Assembly: GCA_021817985.1 (NCBI GenBank)
Contig: JAKAFK010000003.1
Span: forward strand, 7,136-71,135
Length of the DNA stretch: 64,000 nt
DNA from: Pseudomonadota bacterium
GTDB lineage: Bacteria; Pseudomonadota; Gammaproteobacteria; Burkholderiales; JAKAFK01
Direction of reading: 5' to 3'
The notes under the pieces are model-generated. The model saw nothing but the letters and a program-made list of their open reading frames with translations, was not told the DNA's origin and made no database searches. The position numbers were made by a program, and so were the translations under genes. Below, one piece after another: positions 60,893 through 64,000 of the stretch. Each line of letters starts with the position of its first letter. Within the stretch, counting starts at the first letter, position 1.

Positions 60893-62788
60893 TCAGGCTT
60901 CTTGGACGGGATTGGTGGTGGCGGCGGGCGGCGCGGCAGCCGCGCGGTCCTGCGGCGGGAAGTTCGCCGGCCCCTGCGTCGGTCTCGGCGGACGCGGAGG
61001 CCGCCCTTCCATGATGTCGTCGATCTGCTCGGCATCGATGGTTTCCCACTCGAGCAAGGCCTTGGCCATCGTCTCGACCTGGGCGCGATGCTCCTCGATC
61101 AGCCGACGCGCCAGTCCATACTGCTCGTCGATGATGCGCCGGATCTCGCCGTCGACCTTCTGCATGGTGGCTTCGCTCACGTTCTTGTGGGTCGTGATCG
61201 TGCGCCCGAGAAAGACCTCCCCTTCATTCTCTCCGTAGACCATGGGTCCCAGCGCGGAACTCATGCCCCATTGAGTGACCATGCGCCGGGCCATTTCAGT
61301 CGCACGCTCGAAGTCGTTCGCCGCACCGGTGGTCATGTGGTTCATGAACACCTCCTCGGCGATCCGGCCGCCGAACAGCACGGCGATGGTTTGCAGAATC
61401 TGCTCGCTGTCCATGCTGTAGCGGTCTTCCAGCGGCAGCTGCATGGTCACCCCCAGTGCGCGTCCGCGCGGGATGATCGTCACCTTGTGCACCGGATCGG
61501 TCTTGGGCAGAAGCTTCGCCACCACCGCGTGGCCCGCTTCATGATAAGCCGTGTTGCGGCGCTCCTCCTCGGGCATGACGATGGAGCGGCGCTCCGCGCC
61601 CATGATGATTTTGTCCTTCGCCCGCTCGAAGTCGTCCATGCCGACCAGGCGCTTGTTCACGCGCGCGGCAATCAGTGCGGCCTCGTTCACAAGGTTGGCG
61701 AGATCGGCCCCCGAGAAGCCCGGGGTCCCGCGCGCCAGGATGTCGGCGCGCACGTCCGGCGCGATCGGCACCTTGCGCATATGCACGAGCAGGATCTGCT
61801 CGCGCCCGCGGATGTCCGGCAGCGGCACCACCACCTGGCGGTCGAAACGACCGGGCCGCAAGAGCGCCGGGTCGAGCACGTCCGGGCGGTTGGTCGCGGC
61901 GATCACGATGACGCCCGAGGTTGCCTCGAAACCATCCATCTCGACGAGCAGCTGGTTCAGCGTCTGCTCGCGCTCGTCGTTGCCGCCCCCTAGTCCCGCG
62001 CCGCGTTGGCGGCCCACCGCGTCGATTTCGTCGATGAAGATGATGCACGGCGCATTCTTCTTGGCTTGTTCGAACATGTCGCGAACGCGCGCCGCGCCCA
62101 CGCCGACGAACATTTCGACGAAGTCGGAACCGGAAATGCTGAAGAAGGGAACCTTCGCCTCGCCGGCAATCGCTTTGGCCAACAACGTCTTCCCGGTGCC
62201 CGGGCTGCCGACCATCAAGACGCCGCGCGGAATCCGCCCGCCCAGCTTCTGAAATTTGCTGGGGTCGCGCAGGAACTCCACCAGTTCGCCCACCTCCTCC
62301 TTCGCCTCGTCGCACCCGGCGACATCCTGGAAGGTGATCTGGTTGGTGCTCTCGTCGAGCATCCGCGCGCGGCTCTTGCCGAAGGAGAAGGCACCGCCAC
62401 GCCCGCCGCCTTGCATCTGGCGCATGAAGAAGATCCACAGCCCGATGATGAGCAGCATGGGGAACCAGTTCACGAAGACGCTCATCAGGAAGGACGGCTC
62501 TTGCTGCGGCTTGGCCTGGATCGTCACCCCATACTTGAGAAGATCGCTCACCATCCAGGGATCGTCGGGGGCATAACTGGAGAACGCCTTGCCATCCTTC
62601 TTCGTGCCCTTGAGCACGTGGCCCTGGATCGTGACGCGGTCGATGTCACCCTGATGGACTTCCTGGATGAACTGCGAATAATCCATCTGGTTGAGATCGA
62701 CATGGCGGCCGCTGAACTGGTTGAATACAGTCATCAGGACCAGGGCGATCACCAACCAAACGGCAATGTTCTTGATCAGGTTGTTCAA
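60893..62788 (-). CDS. ftsH: ATP-dependent zinc protease FtsH
   Basis: [34 protein letters not shown]. Confidence 0.98.
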   Translation of the reverse strand: MNNLIKNIAVWLVIALVLMTVFNQFSGRHVDLNQMDYSQFIQEVHQGDIDRVTIQGHVLKGTKKDGKAFSSYAPDDPWMVSDLLKYGVTIQAKPQQEPSFLMSVFVNWFPMLLIIGLWIFFMRQMQGGGRGGAFSFGKSRARMLDESTNQITFQDVAGCDEAKEEVGELVEFLRDPSKFQKLGGRIPRGVLMVGSPGTGKTLLAKAIAGEAKVPFFSISGSDFVEMFVGVGAARVRDMFEQAKKNAPCIIFIDEIDAVGRQRGAGLGGGNDEREQTLNQLLVEMDGFEATSGVIVIAATNRPDVLDPALLRPGRFDRQVVVPLPDIRGREQILLVHMRKVPIAPDVRADILARGTPGFSGADLANLVNEAALIAARVNKRLVGMDDFERAKDKIIMGAERRSIVMPEEERRNTAYHEAGHAVVAKLLPKTDPVHKVTIIPRGRALGVTMQLPLEDRYSMDSEQILQTIAVLFGGRIAEEVFMNHMTTGAANDFERATEMARRMVTQWGMSSALGPMVYGENEGEVFLGRTITTHKNVSEATMQKVDGEIRRIIDEQYGLARRLIEEHRAQVETMAKALLEWETIDAEQIDDIMEGRPPRPPRPTQGPANFPPQDRAAAAPPAATTNPVQEA

Positions 62789-62896
62789 GTCGACTCCTTA
62801 ACCGAGGGTGCGTGGGGCACCGCGGAAACCATTCTAAACACATTTTCCCCTTAATGTTAGGCCTTGACGGGAAAATACAAGGCCTCGCGCTCCGAT

Positions 62897-63592
62897 TCAG
62901 GAGACCGGCGCCGCGCCGGCATCCTCTTCAGGGGTACCCGTCTCGCCCCCGGCGGTCCCGAACGCGGCCTGCCCGCCCAGAAACCCTTTTCCCAACAGAT
63001 AGATCTCGCTCGAGCGCTCGCGCGATGACTTGGGCTTTCTGCTGACCACTTGTCGAAAGCTTCGCCGCAGGGCCGCCAGAAAATCCGGAAAACCTTCCCC
63101 CTGGAAGGCCTTGATCAGGAAATGGCCCCCTATTCTCAGATTAGCGCACGCGAAGTCCAGCGCGAGCTCCGCAAGGTGCAGGTGTCTGGCCTGGTCGGAG
63201 GCTGCGATCCCGCTCAGGTTCGGCGCCATGTCGGAGAGCACGAGATCGACGCGCGCCCCTGCCAGGGTCCGCTCCAGCGCCTGGAGCACCTCGGGGGCGC
63301 GGAAATCGCCGCAAATGAAGTCCACGCCGGGAATCGGCGTCATCTCGAGGCAGTCCAGGGCCACCGCCCGCCCGCGTCCGGCGAGACGCTGCGCCACGAG
63401 CTGCGACCAGCCCCCCGGCGCCGCCCCGAGGTCGACCACCGACATCCCCGGCCGCAGGAGCCGGTCGCGCGCATCGATTTCCTCCAGCTTGTACGCGGCC
63501 CGCGAGCGGTAGCCCTCGCGCCTGGCGCGCTGCACGTAGGGGTCGCTGACATGCTCCCGCATCCAGGCTTTGCTGGTCTTACTGCGTTTCAT
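62897..63592 (-). CDS. rlmE: 23S rRNA Um2552 methyltransferase RlmE
   Basis: YRSRAAYKL, DLGAAPGGW, SDMAPN, KPKSSR..SSEIY; start MKRSKTSKAWM. Confidence 0.96.
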   Translation of the reverse strand: MKRSKTSKAWMREHVSDPYVQRARREGYRSRAAYKLEEIDARDRLLRPGMSVVDLGAAPGGWSQLVAQRLAGRGRAVALDCLEMTPIPGVDFICGDFRAPEVLQALERTLAGARVDLVLSDMAPNLSGIAASDQARHLHLAELALDFACANLRIGGHFLIKAFQGEGFPDFLAALRRSFRQVVSRKPKSSRERSSEIYLLGKGFLGGQAAFGTAGGETGTPEEDAGAAPVS

Positions 63593-63624
63593 CGGATAAA
63601 ATAGGCAATTTTCGGGGTCTCGAA

Positions 63625-63957
63625 GTGATATCGCTTTCCAGCGCCCAGCGCCGCTATCTGCGCGCGGCGGCACACCGCCTGCATCCGCTCGTCCTGGTCG
63701 GCGAAGCCGGCCTGACCGATGCCGTGCTCCATGAGGCGGATCGCGCACTTGAGAGCCATGAGCTCATCAAGATCCGCATCGCCGCGGCGACGCACGAGAT
63801 GCGCACCCGCTGGCTTGAGGCCGCCTGCGAACGGCTGTCGGCGGCCCCCGTGCAGCATATCGGGAGAACGCTGGTCATCTATCGCCCGGCCAAGGAACCC
63901 AAGCTCAAGCTGCCCGGCGAAACGAAGCCCATCGCCCGCAAGCGGCCCTTGCGCTAG
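63625..63957 (+). CDS. yhbY: YhbY-family (CRM domain) RNA-binding protein
   Basis: LRAAAHRLHP..VG..G, HELIKIRI, VQHIGRTLVIYRP; divergent from rlmE. Confidence 0.92.
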   Translation: MISLSSAQRRYLRAAAHRLHPLVLVGEAGLTDAVLHEADRALESHELIKIRIAAATHEMRTRWLEAACERLSAAPVQHIGRTLVIYRPAKEPKLKLPGETKPIARKRPLR

Positions 63958-64000
63958 ACGTAGCGCACATCCAGCACTTCATACTCGCGCACGCCCCCGG
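63954..64000 (-). CDS. greA: Transcription elongation factor GreA, C-terminal fragment
   Basis: Minus strand reads GGVREYEVLDVRYV-stop; greA commonly neighbours yhbY. Confidence 0.7.
   Translation of the reverse strand, partial: GGVREYEVLDVRYV

Overview
High-GC betaproteobacterial chromosomal segment, mostly core genome. In order: 3' end of ettA; a Fur-boxed hemP / OprB-type porin / secreted beta-propeller / Tat-DyP peroxidase operon; slyD, bcp, an MBL hydrolase, bamC, dapA; a Pseudomonas-style flagellar cluster fleS-fleR-fliEFGHIJKLMNOPQR with a near-consensus sigma54 promoter; a sigma28-driven cheV-cheV-cheY-cheZ-cheA-EAL/HDOD cluster; sixA; tpiA-secG and a complete nuoA-N operon with DUF2818 and a NUDIX gene; a MATE pump; a small Gln-rich secreted protein; Pho-box-driven pstCAB without pstS; glmM, folP, ftsH, rlmE, yhbY and the greA 3' end. 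There are two IS607-family elements whose ends can be read from the sequence. One (53517-55422) is intact and canonical. The other (31681-34217) has a transposase damaged three ways but keeps an intact, atypical 651-aa TnpB-like gene (RuvC D-E-H, no Zn finger) with a structured 3' RNA, and its right end supplies the ribosome-binding site of sixA. That element and the orphan iron operon are the best leads. No tRNA, rRNA or CRISPR array was seen. All calls come from motif recognition by eye; no database searches or folding computations were run, and several start codons were re-chosen from RBS context.
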